DNA of 64,000 nucleotides, taken from sequence record OL631481.1; one strand, 5' to 3'. Positions 35,398 to 43,753 of the stretch are shown here, piece by piece; position 1 is the first letter of the stretch, and each line of letters starts with the position of its first letter. A program made the position numbers and the translations under genes. The notes below the pieces were generated by a model that worked only from the letters and a program-made list of their open reading frames with translations, made no database searches and was not told where the DNA came from. This DNA comes from Escherichia phage ECML-183-2.

Positions 35398-36181
35398 TCC
35401 CATTGCCCCCATAATTATTGCCATGCTAATTGTTTCATTACGTAATTATTACAATGACTATTGTTATTGCGCTAATGTTATGATCTTGGTAATTACATAT
35501 AATGCTAATAATAAGCCAGCGCAATAAGTGTAAGCGTCATTACGCTTGCAATTATTGCAAGCTACGCAGTAACAAGAAATAACCATCACCGATGGTTATG
35601 ATTGTTGGGGTGTAGTTGGCTTATTATTAGCTCGCTATGTGTCCGGCATAGCGTGCTAATGATGACTCTGTGAATGATTCGTTTTGTAATGATTTCATTC
35701 AGGCACTATTTTGCTAATAGTTATTATTTTAATGGTTTCGTTTGTTATTGTTCGTTAGTTGGTTGTTTTGTCGTGTTATCGTTATTTTGCTTAGTATTTA
35801 TCATGGTTTGATTGTTTGTCGTTATCAATCATCTTGCTATTATTCCTTTGATTATGATTAGTTTGCTTATTGTTTTATGTTGTTTGTTGGTTAGTTGTTG
35901 CGAACTATTATCAACATTATAATTATGCGCTTATATTGCATAGATAATCATGGGTAGATGATAATGGTTATCATTGCACTAGAAAGGAGGTAAAAGGGTG
36001 TTTTTGATGGTTTGTTGTTGGTTGTTGATCGATTTTAACCGCTCTAAATAGCTCTCTAACAGCCTGTTGCCCTGGGATGTATGGTTATTCGTTTAATGGT
36101 CGATTAGCTCGATACCGTGATTTATTCAGTTTTGTTCTGTGTCGGTTTTTCATAGGCGAAAGCTATCAACATTGTTCGGGC

Positions 36182-36208
36182 AAAAAGAAAGGGCGCTTTG
36201 TGCGCCCT
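36182..36208 (-). terminator. rho-independent terminator closing the cassette array
   Basis: rc reads AGGGCGC-loop-GCGCCCT + TTTCTTTTT. Confidence 0.6.
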
Positions 36209-36223
36209 GGTATGAAATGTTAT

Positions 36224-36607
36224 TTACTGATAAGCTGGATCGTTTGTTATATCAATCCAATGAGATAAATTAATTTTATTTTTTGCTTTCATTTTCTCGA
36301 TCAAACGTTCGGCTAATGTCTCGGAACGAATATAAACGTTTTCGCTAAAATCTTGCCCCGTTTCTTCGTCGATCATCTCACGATATTCGATTTTTCCGAT
36401 AAACGCGTGATTCAGCGCATAAGTTTTACCCGTGTACCAGTTATGCAAATGGATCTCACATTTATAATCATCGCTATACCCTTCGGTTGTTCTAACTTCA
36501 ACCAGGTCGCCTTTAAACACTGATAAGCACCACATAGGATCACGGTCTACAGCGCCGTTAAAGTCTTTACCGTTTACAGTCGCTGCCAGGTTGATGATAT
36601 TGCTCAT
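36224..36607 (-). CDS. hypothetical protein (127 aa)
   Basis: Track ORF trimmed to ATG after promoter; N-terminal track extension runs through leader. Confidence 0.5.
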   Translation of the reverse strand: MSNIINLAATVNGKDFNGAVDRDPMWCLSVFKGDLVEVRTTEGYSDDYKCEIHLHNWYTGKTYALNHAFIGKIEYREMIDEETGQDFSENVYIRSETLAERLIEKMKAKNKINLSHWIDITNDPAYQ

Positions 36608-36653
36608 GGTGATTCCTCGTTTACCGTTTAAAATGATTTGCCCTACGTGATAA

Positions 36654-36682
36654 ATAATAATGCAAGCGTGATCCGGTGTCAA
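36654..36682 (-). promoter_or_regulatory. sigma70-type early promoter (first cassette of array)
   Basis: rc reads TTGACA - 17 bp - TATTAT. Confidence 0.5.
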
Positions 36683-36856
36683 TAGGTAAAATTGTAAAGA
36701 TTTGATAGTTTGTTCCTTTGATGTTTTGTTGTTTGATAGGCGTTAGTTATCAATATATAGCGGGGTCTTCCGGTGATTATCTTCCCCTGCTCCCAGGTGC
36801 CGCCCGTTCAATAAGTATAACAAAAAATAGGACTATTGCAAGCCCTATTTATTATC

Positions 36857-36991
36857 TTAAAACCAGGTGCCAACCGTTTCCAATAGGTCACTGACTACAA
36901 GGACAACACTGATCAGCACATGTTCAACCATGAAAGGGATAAGCGCCAGCGTTGCTACTACGATCCCCATTGTGATGATTACCTTTCTCAT
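36857..36991 (-). CDS. small membrane protein (44 aa)
   Basis: Not in ORF track; hydrophobic; no clear RBS; coordinates hand-derived. Confidence 0.3.
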   Translation of the reverse strand: MRKVIITMGIVVATLALIPFMVEHVLISVVLVVSDLLETVGTWF

Positions 36992-37278
36992 TGTTGGCGG
37001 TTTACGTAAGCTTTACCGTTTACGGTCATCGGTATGGCCTCAAGGTCTGGATCTTCCTTAAGGTCGCGTGCAAGCTCACCGCAGCGGATACCCTCGAATC
37101 CGTAGTACTCTGTTGTGCCGTCCTGGAAAGTTTTAGCGGCAAGGCATAGGCGATAATTAACGCCGATCCGGTTTATTGCGTTGATATCGGTTAGCGTGAT
37201 GGATTCTGGCAACTCATTAGCCAGTACAGGCGCGTTAATACCAACAACCAGGGCAACTACTGCGATCATCTTTTTCAT
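36988..37278 (-). CDS. secreted protein with signal peptide (96 aa)
   Basis: MKKMIAVVALVVGINAPVLA signal-peptide-like. Confidence 0.5.
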   Translation of the reverse strand: MKKMIAVVALVVGINAPVLANELPESITLTDINAINRIGVNYRLCLAAKTFQDGTTEYYGFEGIRCGELARDLKEDPDLEAIPMTVNGKAYVNRQQ

Positions 37279-37332
37279 GCGTCTATCCTCTTCCTATTGC
37301 GTTTAATGGGGCGTTACCGCCCCGCTTATGGT

Positions 37333-37569
37333 TTATTGATTGATGTTATGATGAAAGTTATTTTCTTCAATAGCTTTTAAAATAAAAGCCGTGATCGCTT
37401 TCGTGTCTACTTGTTCGAACGTATCAGAATAAGCCCAATAATAATCATCCCCTACTTTCGGCGGGTAAACCTGGACAAGGAGATCGCCACCTGGTTGATC
37501 TATAAGCTCAACATGTAAGCCGGATGATTCAGCGGTTTTAACGGCGTTTAATACTGTTGCAATACTCAT
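37333..37569 (-). CDS. hypothetical protein (78 aa)
   Basis: ORF track; GC hairpin 37307-37322 downstream. Confidence 0.5.
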   Translation of the reverse strand: MSIATVLNAVKTAESSGLHVELIDQPGGDLLVQVYPPKVGDDYYWAYSDTFEQVDTKAITAFILKAIEENNFHHNINQ

Positions 37570-37613
37570 AATCTTTTCCTTTCTGATGTGGGGCGTTGCC
37601 GCCCCTTTGTTGA

Positions 37614-37913
37614 TTAGATCGCTGTTTCCAGTAGTTCGGCTAACGTCTTACCGCCTGATAGTTGGTCTAACGTTTGCTCTTCTGGCAAGAAATTAGCTGA
37701 TATTAATCCGACTTGATTTCCTTTGTGCCAATTAGCTTGACGGATGATTCCATCCTTTAAAGATTTTACCGCCATTGTGCAACCGTCGCCAAATGATTCA
37801 TTTTTATGATCCATTACTTCATAAGCGCCCAGCTTGCTGCTGTTAGGCACCATTAACGCGAATACATCACCAACAACCAGCTTTTCTACGGTAACAATAG
37901 CGATAGTTTCCAT
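37614..37913 (-). CDS. hypothetical protein (99 aa)
   Basis: ORF track; GC hairpin 37590-37605 downstream. Confidence 0.5.
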   Translation of the reverse strand: METIAIVTVEKLVVGDVFALMVPNSSKLGAYEVMDHKNESFGDGCTMAVKSLKDGIIRQANWHKGNQVGLISANFLPEEQTLDQLSGGKTLAELLETAI

Positions 37914-37930
37914 TTTACTTTCCTCATTAT

Positions 37931-37986
37931 CGGCGGCACCATTGCCGCCCTACGCATTAAATATAAGTTATCTAAGAGATTAGATC
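37931..37986 (-). promoter_or_regulatory. PeSL-like cassette (early promoter + 5' stem-loop)
   Basis: rc: TTGATC-17-TATATT then GGCGGCA-ATGG-TGCCGCC hairpin. Confidence 0.5.
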
Positions 37987-37991
37987 AAGGA

Positions 37992-38183
37992 TTATTTTGT
38001 AAAGATTACAGCTTCATCAAAATTTTCAACATAGTAAGCAAGCTCTTCATTTGCTGCAACCATTCCTAAAAGTTGGCTATAAGATAAACCTTTGATCCCT
38101 TCCTCGTTGTTTAATGCTTCGATGATTTCATCAACGGGCGCAAAAAACATGTTATTCGATTCCAGGTAGGAGATGGTTTTCAT
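37992..38183 (-). CDS. hypothetical protein (63 aa)
   Basis: ORF track; own cassette upstream. Confidence 0.5.
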   Translation of the reverse strand: MKTISYLESNNMFFAPVDEIIEALNNEEGIKGLSYSQLLGMVAANEELAYYVENFDEAVIFTK

Positions 38184-38204
38184 AATGTTTACCTTTTTCG
38201 GGGA

Positions 38205-38260
38205 GCGGCACCATTGCCGCCCTACGTGGTAAATATTAGCACACTGGCGATCTGTGTCAA
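38205..38260 (-). promoter_or_regulatory. PeSL-like cassette
   Basis: rc: TTGACA-16-TAATAT then GCGGCA-ATGG-TGCCGC hairpin. Confidence 0.55.
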
Positions 38261-38266
38261 TACTTT

Positions 38267-38653
38267 TTATTCAATATAAATCAAATTATCTTCACCAATG
38301 TAAGCCGACACGTTCGGCATAAACTTAGCTGCATTGGTTAGGCGGTTCGCCGTGTTAGTGGTGTATATTTCAGGGCGATCCCAAAAGCCTACGCCGTGAC
38401 CGTTACGGGTAAAATGTAAATCATTCCCGATCTGGTTGGCTGTTGCGCCGTCGCTCATTGCCTCAGAGATAGCGGCAAGATTAGCATTAATAAAGGCTGT
38501 TACATCCTGGGCGATCCGTTGATGGGCTTGATCTGAAAAATCATAATCAGTCATGTCATCTATAAAATTACCTTCATGATCCCTTGCGGATTCAGCAAAA
38601 ATAAAGGCTTCTTTATAACCGTTGATGATTTCAATAATGATTTCTGTTTTCAT
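38267..38653 (-). CDS. hypothetical protein (128 aa)
   Basis: ORF track; conserved-looking GHGVGFWDR segment, family unknown. Confidence 0.5.
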   Translation of the reverse strand: MKTEIIIEIINGYKEAFIFAESARDHEGNFIDDMTDYDFSDQAHQRIAQDVTAFINANLAAISEAMSDGATANQIGNDLHFTRNGHGVGFWDRPEIYTTNTANRLTNAAKFMPNVSAYIGEDNLIYIE

Positions 38654-38874
38654 GCTGTACGCTCGACAATAATAATAGTTTGCGGGATCTCGTTTTCTAC
38701 TACTAACAAGGCTTTTTTCTGTGTGATAGATATTTTAACACGTTGTAAAGTAGCGGTGAAATCTTTCATTTCATTATGCGCGGACTTCGTGCAATGCCAG
38801 ATCTCAGGCTTACCAACTTGTAAGCCGCGTAAAAATTCCGTTTTGCCTGTTTTGTTCGTGATCATTTGTTTCAC
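38650..38874 (-). CDS. hypothetical protein (74 aa)
   Basis: ORF track. Confidence 0.45.
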   Translation of the reverse strand: MKQMITNKTGKTEFLRGLQVGKPEIWHCTKSAHNEMKDFTATLQRVKISITQKKALLVVENEIPQTIIIVERTA

Positions 38875-38875
38875 C

Positions 38876-38980
38876 TTAACCGATACCGTGGGAAGATAGG
38901 ATCATGTTAGCCATAGTTGCAACCACTCCAACCGATAACGCCAGGCCCACTATTACAACCGTGAAAATTTTCTCTAACAT
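38876..38980 (-). CDS. small membrane protein (34 aa)
   Basis: Track ORF trimmed to ATG with GAGGG RBS; upstream part is hairpin read-through. Confidence 0.45.
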   Translation of the reverse strand: MLEKIFTVVIVGLALSVGVVATMANMILSSHGIG

Positions 38981-38996
38981 GATTCTACCCTCATTA

Positions 38997-39059
38997 ATGG
39001 GCGTTGCACCATTGCCCCGCCCTACGTAATACACTTTACCAGATAACAAATTATTGTCA
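38997..39059 (-). promoter_or_regulatory. PeSL-like cassette
   Basis: rc: TTGACA-16-TAAAGT then GC hairpin. Confidence 0.5.
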
Positions 39060-39124
39060 AGGTTTATTTTACTTCCCAAACGGAAAATTCACTGCGTGGC
39101 GGGAAGTATTCCCCGCCTTATTAA

Positions 39125-39295
39125 TTACTCTTCATCGTCGCCGTTATAGTATTCAATGCCGTTTTCATCGGTTACGGTGATGTTAACGCCACCGATAGCA
39201 ACACGATCACGGGCAAACGTCATAGCTTCATTTAAATCTTCAGACCAAAAAATATTGTGACCTTTGCGCGATACATAAAACATAGTCGGGATCAT
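39125..39295 (-). CDS. hypothetical protein (56 aa)
   Basis: Track ORF trimmed to internal ATG; GC hairpin 39097-39116 downstream. Confidence 0.45.
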   Translation of the reverse strand: MIPTMFYVSRKGHNIFWSEDLNEAMTFARDRVAIGGVNITVTDENGIEYYNGDDEE

Positions 39296-39318
39296 GATTT
39301 GTTTCTCTTCTGTTGTGA

Positions 39319-39379
39319 GCGGTGGACCATTCCGCCGCCCTATGTGGTAAACTTTACTACGTTGTTTGCCTGTTGTCAA
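39319..39379 (-). promoter_or_regulatory. PeSL-like cassette
   Basis: rc: TTGACA-17-TAAAGT then GGCGG-loop-CCGCC hairpin. Confidence 0.5.
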
Positions 39380-39380
39380 A

Positions 39381-39665
39381 TTATTTTTTAATGTTTTGCC
39401 CTACAAAATTGATCACTTCCTTAAGCTGTCTCTCTGTCATGATCGTACCTGGTAACTCTTCTTTAATTTCTTCCGGTAAATAGATATTACCGCGCCAGGT
39501 TAACAAACAACCGTTTTGATCTTCGCAGATAGAATAAGAAAACATCCACTCGCAATCATTTTCAAGCTCCCAAAAACACAAAAAGTCTTCTTTCCCTAAG
39601 TTTTCAACGGTTAAACATAATCCGCGACGTGCTGCATAATTAGTCAGGCTTTTTGTGATTTTCAT
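39381..39665 (-). CDS. hypothetical protein (94 aa)
   Basis: Track ORF trimmed to internal ATG. Confidence 0.5.
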   Translation of the reverse strand: MKITKSLTNYAARRGLCLTVENLGKEDFLCFWELENDCEWMFSYSICEDQNGCLLTWRGNIYLPEEIKEELPGTIMTERQLKEVINFVGQNIKK

Positions 39666-39686
39666 GATTTTTCTCTCTTCTTGTGA

Positions 39687-39742
39687 GCGGCACCATTGCC
39701 GCCCTACAAGATACATATTATCAGACTAGGCGGACTTGTCAA
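39687..39742 (-). promoter_or_regulatory. PeSL-like cassette
   Basis: rc: TTGACA-16-TAATAT then GCGGCA-ATGG-TGCCGC hairpin. Confidence 0.55.
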
Positions 39743-39743
39743 A

Positions 39744-39854
39744 CTATTTTTTCTTTTTCTTTGCTTCCAACCGTCTAAGGTTACGGCTTGACTTATTTCG
39801 CAAGGCGCTTAGATCGTCGTACCCTTTCCATGCTTGCATATCTTTCGGATTCAT
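39744..39854 (-). CDS. small basic protein (36 aa)
   Basis: Not in ORF track; AAGGGG RBS; hand-derived coordinates. Confidence 0.3.
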   Translation of the reverse strand: MNPKDMQAWKGYDDLSALRNKSSRNLRRLEAKKKKK

Positions 39855-39863
39855 GTTATCCCC

Positions 39864-40025
39864 TTACTTGTTAGCCGGATCATATACCAGGACCGCGCCG
39901 CTTGCTTTCACGCTTTCCGCTTCATAGTTGCGCAGATCGTTTTCTGTAAGGTTGAGCGCGATCACTTCCTCGATCTCAACGTCAGCGGCAAGGGCGATCT
40001 CTTTGATAATGTCTGTTGTTTTCAT
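39864..40025 (-). CDS. small acidic protein (53 aa)
   Basis: Not in ORF track; AAGGTG RBS; hand-derived coordinates. Confidence 0.35.
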   Translation of the reverse strand: MKTTDIIKEIALAADVEIEEVIALNLTENDLRNYEAESVKASGAVLVYDPANK

Positions 40026-40035
40026 AGTACGCACC

Positions 40036-40155
40036 TTATAAGATGATTGATAAGATAGTGATAACGAAAGCGATTATACTGATGGCAAATGTCATCTTTT
40101 TACCTTCGGATACTGCCGGATTTTCTACCGTGTATTCTACTGTGTACTTGCTCAT
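40036..40155 (-). CDS. small membrane protein (39 aa)
   Basis: Not in ORF track; C-terminal hydrophobic helix; directly after cassette. Confidence 0.35.
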   Translation of the reverse strand: MSKYTVEYTVENPAVSEGKKMTFAISIIAFVITILSIIL

Positions 40156-40178
40156 CGTGTAATCCTCTCGTTTGCTTT

Positions 40179-40235
40179 GGGAACTATTCCCGCCGCCTTA
40201 TGAATTAAATATACACTATCTCAAAATGATTGCAA
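40179..40235 (-). promoter_or_regulatory. PeSL-like cassette
   Basis: rc: TTGCAA-16-TATATT then GGGAA-TAG-TTCCC hairpin. Confidence 0.5.
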
Positions 40236-40252
40236 GCCTTTTTCTAAATTAT

Positions 40253-40537
40253 TTATGCAGTAAACAAACCATCATTTACAACGGCGGCGATGATCTCCCG
40301 TGCCATTGATTCAGGGAAAGGGGCGCTATAGTCCTGGCTTGTCTCATCGGTATCAGTGATCCAATGATAAGCTAACGAGTAAAAGCCTTTACTAACTGTT
40401 TTCAGTGAGATGATGATCACTCGGTCAAGCTTATTGGTGAATGTTGCCGTTAATGTGTTACCCTCCTGCGTCATGTTGGACAAGTAAGCGGGATCATTAA
40501 TCAGGGAAAACATTAGCACGGTGTTAGCTTTACTCAT
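40253..40537 (-). CDS. hypothetical protein (94 aa)
   Basis: Track ORF trimmed to internal ATG; the track ATG lies inside the hairpin loop. Confidence 0.5.
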   Translation of the reverse strand: MSKANTVLMFSLINDPAYLSNMTQEGNTLTATFTNKLDRVIIISLKTVSKGFYSLAYHWITDTDETSQDYSAPFPESMAREIIAAVVNDGLFTA

Positions 40538-40557
40538 GATTGCATCCTCAAAGGGGC

Positions 40558-40612
40558 GCGGCACCATTGCCGCCCTACACGATAACTATAACACAATGTA
40601 AAACAGGATCAA
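40558..40612 (-). promoter_or_regulatory. PeSL-like cassette
   Basis: rc: TTGATC-16-TATAGT then GCGGCA-ATGG-TGCCGC hairpin. Confidence 0.5.
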
Positions 40613-40815
40613 CCTTTATTTTTCCACGGTGTCAGCTTGTTAATCATTGGTGATAAATAGCGTTTACCAACGTAAAACAGTACGCCAACTGATGCAACGG
40701 CGGCGATCTCATGTAAGGAGGAAGGTCGCGCGGTGTCATAATAGGTACCAATAATAGCAATAGCGGCTACTGCGGCAATGTCTGTAATAATTTTTTCTTG
40801 TTTTGCGGTGATCAT
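40609..40815 (-). CDS. small membrane protein (68 aa)
   Basis: Track ORF trimmed to internal ATG; two hydrophobic segments. Confidence 0.5.
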   Translation of the reverse strand: MITAKQEKIITDIAAVAAIAIIGTYYDTARPSSLHEIAAVASVGVLFYVGKRYLSPMINKLTPWKNKG

Positions 40816-40838
40816 AATATTTACCTTTTTGTATGGTG

Positions 40839-40895
40839 GGGGAACTATTCCCCGCCTGATGTAATACAGTTTAACAGGTCCGGTTATGGTGTCAA
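40839..40895 (-). promoter_or_regulatory. PeSL-like cassette
   Basis: rc: TTGACA-15-TAAACT then GGGGAA-TAG-TTCCCC hairpin. Confidence 0.5.
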
Positions 40896-40901
40896 CCACT
40901 T

Positions 40902-41087
40902 TTAAAGATATTTTATATTGATAACGTTTTCAGGTTTAACCTTGTTGTGATGTGCATCAACATAGATCAAACCATCGTCAGAAAAGCCCAGGATCACGCC
41001 CTGCGCAATAAAACCGTATTCGTCACGGTAACGCACGGCTATTTTTAACGTTGCGTTGTAGGCTGTTTTAAGCTCGTTTAAAGTCAT
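40902..41087 (-). CDS. hypothetical protein (61 aa)
   Basis: ORF track. Confidence 0.45.
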   Translation of the reverse strand: MTLNELKTAYNATLKIAVRYRDEYGFIAQGVILGFSDDGLIYVDAHHNKVKPENVINIKYL

Positions 41088-41108
41088 TTTTGTTTATCCT
41101 CTACATGT

Positions 41109-41136
41109 AAAAAGAAAGGGCGCTTGGTGCGCCCTT
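41109..41136 (-). terminator. rho-independent terminator inside the array
   Basis: rc reads AAGGGCGC-ACCAA-GCGCCCTT + TCTTTTT. Confidence 0.6.
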
Positions 41137-41142
41137 GTTATG

Positions 41143-41289
41143 TTAATCCTCTAAATCCATCCAATTATATTTGTCACTCTTCCCGCGCTTTGTTTTATTA
41201 CGCTTGTCGCCTTTTCGGATCACTTCCTCGTTCCAGGCCTTGCGGATCTTGGAAGATTGAATTTTTTCTGCGCGATTAGATGTATTCAT
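41143..41289 (-). CDS. small basic protein (48 aa)
   Basis: Not in ORF track; AAGAGGA RBS; Lys/Arg-rich. Confidence 0.4.
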   Translation of the reverse strand: MNTSNRAEKIQSSKIRKAWNEEVIRKGDKRNKTKRGKSDKYNWMDLED

Positions 41290-41309
41290 TTTGTTTCCTC
41301 TTTATATGA

Positions 41310-41362
41310 GCGGCACCATTGCCGCTATATTATTAATTTAAACTGTTTTGTAAAATTGTCAA
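41310..41362 (-). promoter_or_regulatory. PeSL-like cassette
   Basis: rc: TTGACA-16-TAAATT then GCGGCA-ATGG-TGCCGC hairpin. Confidence 0.5.
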
Positions 41363-41368
41363 GGTTTA

Positions 41369-41722
41369 TCATTGATAAGAGCAAGCAAGGATCACGCCTG
41401 CAATATAAAGCCAATAATTTTCCCTTTCTCGTTGGATTTTATCATCGCTGCTATTCTCTTTAATGTATCCCCAGGATGTTAACAGGCGATCAATTTCCCA
41501 ATATTCGAAAGCGATATTGATATCTGATGGCAAGCCTTGTAACCATGATGCAAGTGCTTTAACAATACTATAATTAAAACGTGATTGGTTATCAGGGTAC
41601 CAGTACTCGGAATTAAAACGGTGCATCAATTCCGCGATCTTCTCTTTTTCGGTTGTAATACCGTAATCATTAAAATCGATAGCGGCAAGGATGTACTCTT
41701 TAATTGCATTTTGTGCTTTCAT
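41369..41722 (-). CDS. hypothetical protein (117 aa)
   Basis: ORF track. Confidence 0.5.
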   Translation of the reverse strand: MKAQNAIKEYILAAIDFNDYGITTEKEKIAELMHRFNSEYWYPDNQSRFNYSIVKALASWLQGLPSDINIAFEYWEIDRLLTSWGYIKENSSDDKIQRERENYWLYIAGVILACSYQ

Positions 41723-41741
41723 GGTCTTTCTCTCTTTTTGA

Positions 41742-41798
41742 GCGGGAACTATTCCCGCCCTACGTGTAACAGTTTACTAAAAATTAAATCCGTGTCAA
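41742..41798 (-). promoter_or_regulatory. PeSL-like cassette
   Basis: rc: TTGACA-16-TAAACT then GCGGGAA-TAG-TTCCCGC hairpin. Confidence 0.55.
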
Positions 41799-41801
41799 GC
41801 T

Positions 41802-42023
41802 TTATTTTGTTACTACCATTTGGTACCCTGTTTCAATGTTAGTAAATACTGTTATCCCGTCCTGGCGTTCACTCATTAGCATACAAGGCGCTAACATCCT
41901 TTCTACTGCCTTGCACTCATTGTAAACGGCGGTTATGTCTCCTGCGGCCTTGTCTTCTGTGGTGAATGTATCGTTTACGTAAACCTGACCAGCGACAACG
42001 GCGACAATAGCGAAAGTGATCAT
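41802..42023 (-). CDS. hypothetical protein (73 aa), shares MITFA 5' end with next-upstream gene
   Basis: ORF track; first ~20 nt of CDS plus RBS duplicated at 42245-42270. Confidence 0.5.
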   Translation of the reverse strand: MITFAIVAVVAGQVYVNDTFTTEDKAAGDITAVYNECKAVERMLAPCMLMSERQDGITVFTNIETGYQMVVTK

Positions 42024-42054
42024 GATGTTTCCTTGTTAGTAGTGGTTTCTCTTC

Positions 42055-42095
42055 TCTATAGCGCCCATTGTAAGGCGCTATAACGAAAAGTCAAC
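42055..42095 (-). promoter_or_regulatory. variant cassette (promoter overlapping TATAGCGCC hairpin)
   Basis: rc: TTGACT-16-TACAAT with 9-bp-stem hairpin overlapping. Confidence 0.4.
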
Positions 42096-42097
42096 GA

Positions 42098-42265
42098 TTA
42101 TTTTTTAAGGCTTAAAGTACCTAACTTGTCAGCATGACGCAGACCAGGGAAGATCCATTTGCCTGATTCATCTTTCACCGGGGCTTTAAGCGTAGCGCCC
42201 AGGTTGGCGGCGTTAACTTTACGTGCAACGTTGCGAGCGGCTTCACGGGTAGCGAAAGTGATCAT
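42098..42265 (-). CDS. small protein (55 aa) starting MITFA
   Basis: Not in ORF track; hand-derived; same 5' end as 41802..42023. Confidence 0.4.
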   Translation of the reverse strand: MITFATREAARNVARKVNAANLGATLKAPVKDESGKWIFPGLRHADKLGTLSLKK

Positions 42266-42289
42266 GATATTTTCCTCTTCTCTTTGTTA

Positions 42290-42351
42290 GGCGGTGGACC
42301 ATTCCGCCGCCTTGATGTAATACAGTTTACTTTATTTTTGCAGTATTGCAA
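42290..42351 (-). promoter_or_regulatory. PeSL-like cassette
   Basis: rc: TTGCAA-16-TAAACT then GGCGG-loop-CCGCC hairpin. Confidence 0.5.
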
Positions 42352-42357
42352 GCGGTT

Positions 42358-42570
42358 TTATGAAATAATCGTCAAAGTAAAATTGTAATCACCTGATTGA
42401 TACAATACTTTATCACCGAACGTTCCAACACGTTTAACATTGCAATATATACCCATAACACTTTTTACATCTTTGATATTCTTCACGCCTGTAATATCTT
42501 TATTAAAATGATCGTGATCAGAAAATAAAACTTGTTTTGCATTTTTCAACAAGGTGCGGATATTAGCCAT
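42358..42570 (-). CDS. hypothetical protein (70 aa)
   Basis: ORF track. Confidence 0.5.
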   Translation of the reverse strand: MANIRTLLKNAKQVLFSDHDHFNKDITGVKNIKDVKSVMGIYCNVKRVGTFGDKVLYQSGDYNFTLTIIS

Positions 42571-42595
42571 CGTGATAATCTCTCTTCTGTTGTGA

Positions 42596-42651
42596 GCGGC
42601 ACTATTGCCGCCCTACGTAATACAGTTTACTCTTTTTCTTTCCCGTGTCAA
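42596..42651 (-). promoter_or_regulatory. PeSL-like cassette
   Basis: rc: TTGACA-16-TAAACT then GCGGCA-ATAG-TGCCGC hairpin. Confidence 0.55.
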
Positions 42652-42660
42652 CAATCTTTT

Positions 42661-42888
42661 TCAGATTAATTCATCCAGGCATAACAGGCGATCAACGTTG
42701 AGATCGGTTAGGCTGATGGTTGGCACCTGGTAGGATTCGATGTACTCGACGCTCGCATATTCTCCAAAATTAGCAATAGCCCACTTATTCAAGATCTCAC
42801 ATACATCATTAATCTTTTTGTTTGTTACAACTGCTACAACCTGGGAACTGCCAACGGTGCCGGATACACGAACAATATTGATAGCCAT
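42661..42888 (-). CDS. hypothetical protein (75 aa)
   Basis: ORF track. Confidence 0.5.
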   Translation of the reverse strand: MAINIVRVSGTVGSSQVVAVVTNKKINDVCEILNKWAIANFGEYASVEYIESYQVPTISLTDLNVDRLLCLDELI

Positions 42889-42911
42889 AATCTTTAATCT
42901 CTCTGTTGTTG

Positions 42912-42970
42912 GCGGGAAACCATTTCCCGCCCTATGTGATACATCTTACACTAATTTTAAACGTTGTCAA
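42912..42970 (-). promoter_or_regulatory. PeSL-like cassette
   Basis: rc: TTGACA-16-TAAGAT then GCGGGAAA-TGG-TTTCCCGC hairpin. Confidence 0.55.
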
Positions 42971-42980
42971 CTGTTTTTTA

Positions 42981-43220
42981 TTACATTCCAACCATCGCGG
43001 CACGGATCGCAGTAGTGCTATATTTGAAACCGTCTGGAGTTTTATCTTGTCCAGTTTGTTCCAGAAAAAGCATCATATCCCGCGCCGCATCATTACGATT
43101 AGCATTAGCGTTAATAAAATCCAAGGCCAACCGATACAATGATTCATCGTTATTAATCCAAAGGCTTACATTCCAATGAGTTTTGTTTTTGTGACCGTTG
43201 TACATTTTAGATTTAGCCAT
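42981..43220 (-). CDS. hypothetical protein (79 aa)
   Basis: ORF track. Confidence 0.5.
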   Translation of the reverse strand: MAKSKMYNGHKNKTHWNVSLWINNDESLYRLALDFINANANRNDAARDMMLFLEQTGQDKTPDGFKYSTTAIRAAMVGM

Positions 43221-43244
43221 GATTTTTCTCTCTTTTTCAGTGAG

Positions 43245-43303
43245 GCGGGAAGTGTTCCCGCTCTCTATGTAATACAGTTTACTCTTTTTATTCGTGCTGT
43301 CAA
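43245..43303 (-). promoter_or_regulatory. PeSL-like cassette
   Basis: rc: TTGACA-16-TAAACT then GCGGGAA-CACT-TCCCGC hairpin. Confidence 0.55.
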
Positions 43304-43309
43304 TGCTTT

Positions 43310-43675
43310 TTATAAATCTTTTTTACGTTTTACATCGCTTGCATGACTGTATACAGTGATCCCATTGTCACGGCAAAAACGGGAAAGATACGCGCCGCGT
43401 GAAAATTCCTTGCCCTCAAGGTTGATAACCTTGCTAAATTCTTCCAGGGCGACGGTATCAAAATGATCACCATAGCCATATTGAAACGGAACGTTAACCA
43501 CCTCGATCAGTTTACCGCCGATCTCAACGTCAACCAGTAAAGAAAAATATGTGTTACCGTAGGACTGTTGAAACCAGCGACGGGCACTAATATGCACCGC
43601 CTCAATGCTGGATAATTCAATTTTAGCCGTGTTAGCCAGGGTAGCATAAGCGGAAACATTGATATTAATAGCCAT
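43310..43675 (-). CDS. hypothetical protein (121 aa)
   Basis: ORF track. Confidence 0.5.
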   Translation of the reverse strand: MAININVSAYATLANTAKIELSSIEAVHISARRWFQQSYGNTYFSLLVDVEIGGKLIEVVNVPFQYGYGDHFDTVALEEFSKVINLEGKEFSRGAYLSRFCRDNGITVYSHASDVKRKKDL

Positions 43676-43701
43676 GGTGTCACTCTCTCTTTTTGGTTAG
43701 T

Positions 43702-43753
43702 GGGAAGTATTCCCGATAAAAGTTATTATGCTTATACTATCACTCATTGTCAA
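43702..43753 (-). promoter_or_regulatory. PeSL-like cassette
   Basis: rc: TTGACA-17-CATAAT then GGGAA-TAC-TTCCC hairpin. Confidence 0.5.

Noticed and set aside
34606-36223. tRNA gene cluster (T4 carries tRNAs near its lysozyme gene)
   Set aside because: No cloverleaf candidates: no GTTCRANYC T-loop with matching acceptor stems found by eye here or in 46200-47384. A tRNA-scan would be decisive.
34792-36268. Track ORFs 34792..34986 and 36077..36268 in the gene-free region
   Set aside because: No RBS, odd composition, embedded in palindrome-rich non-coding DNA.
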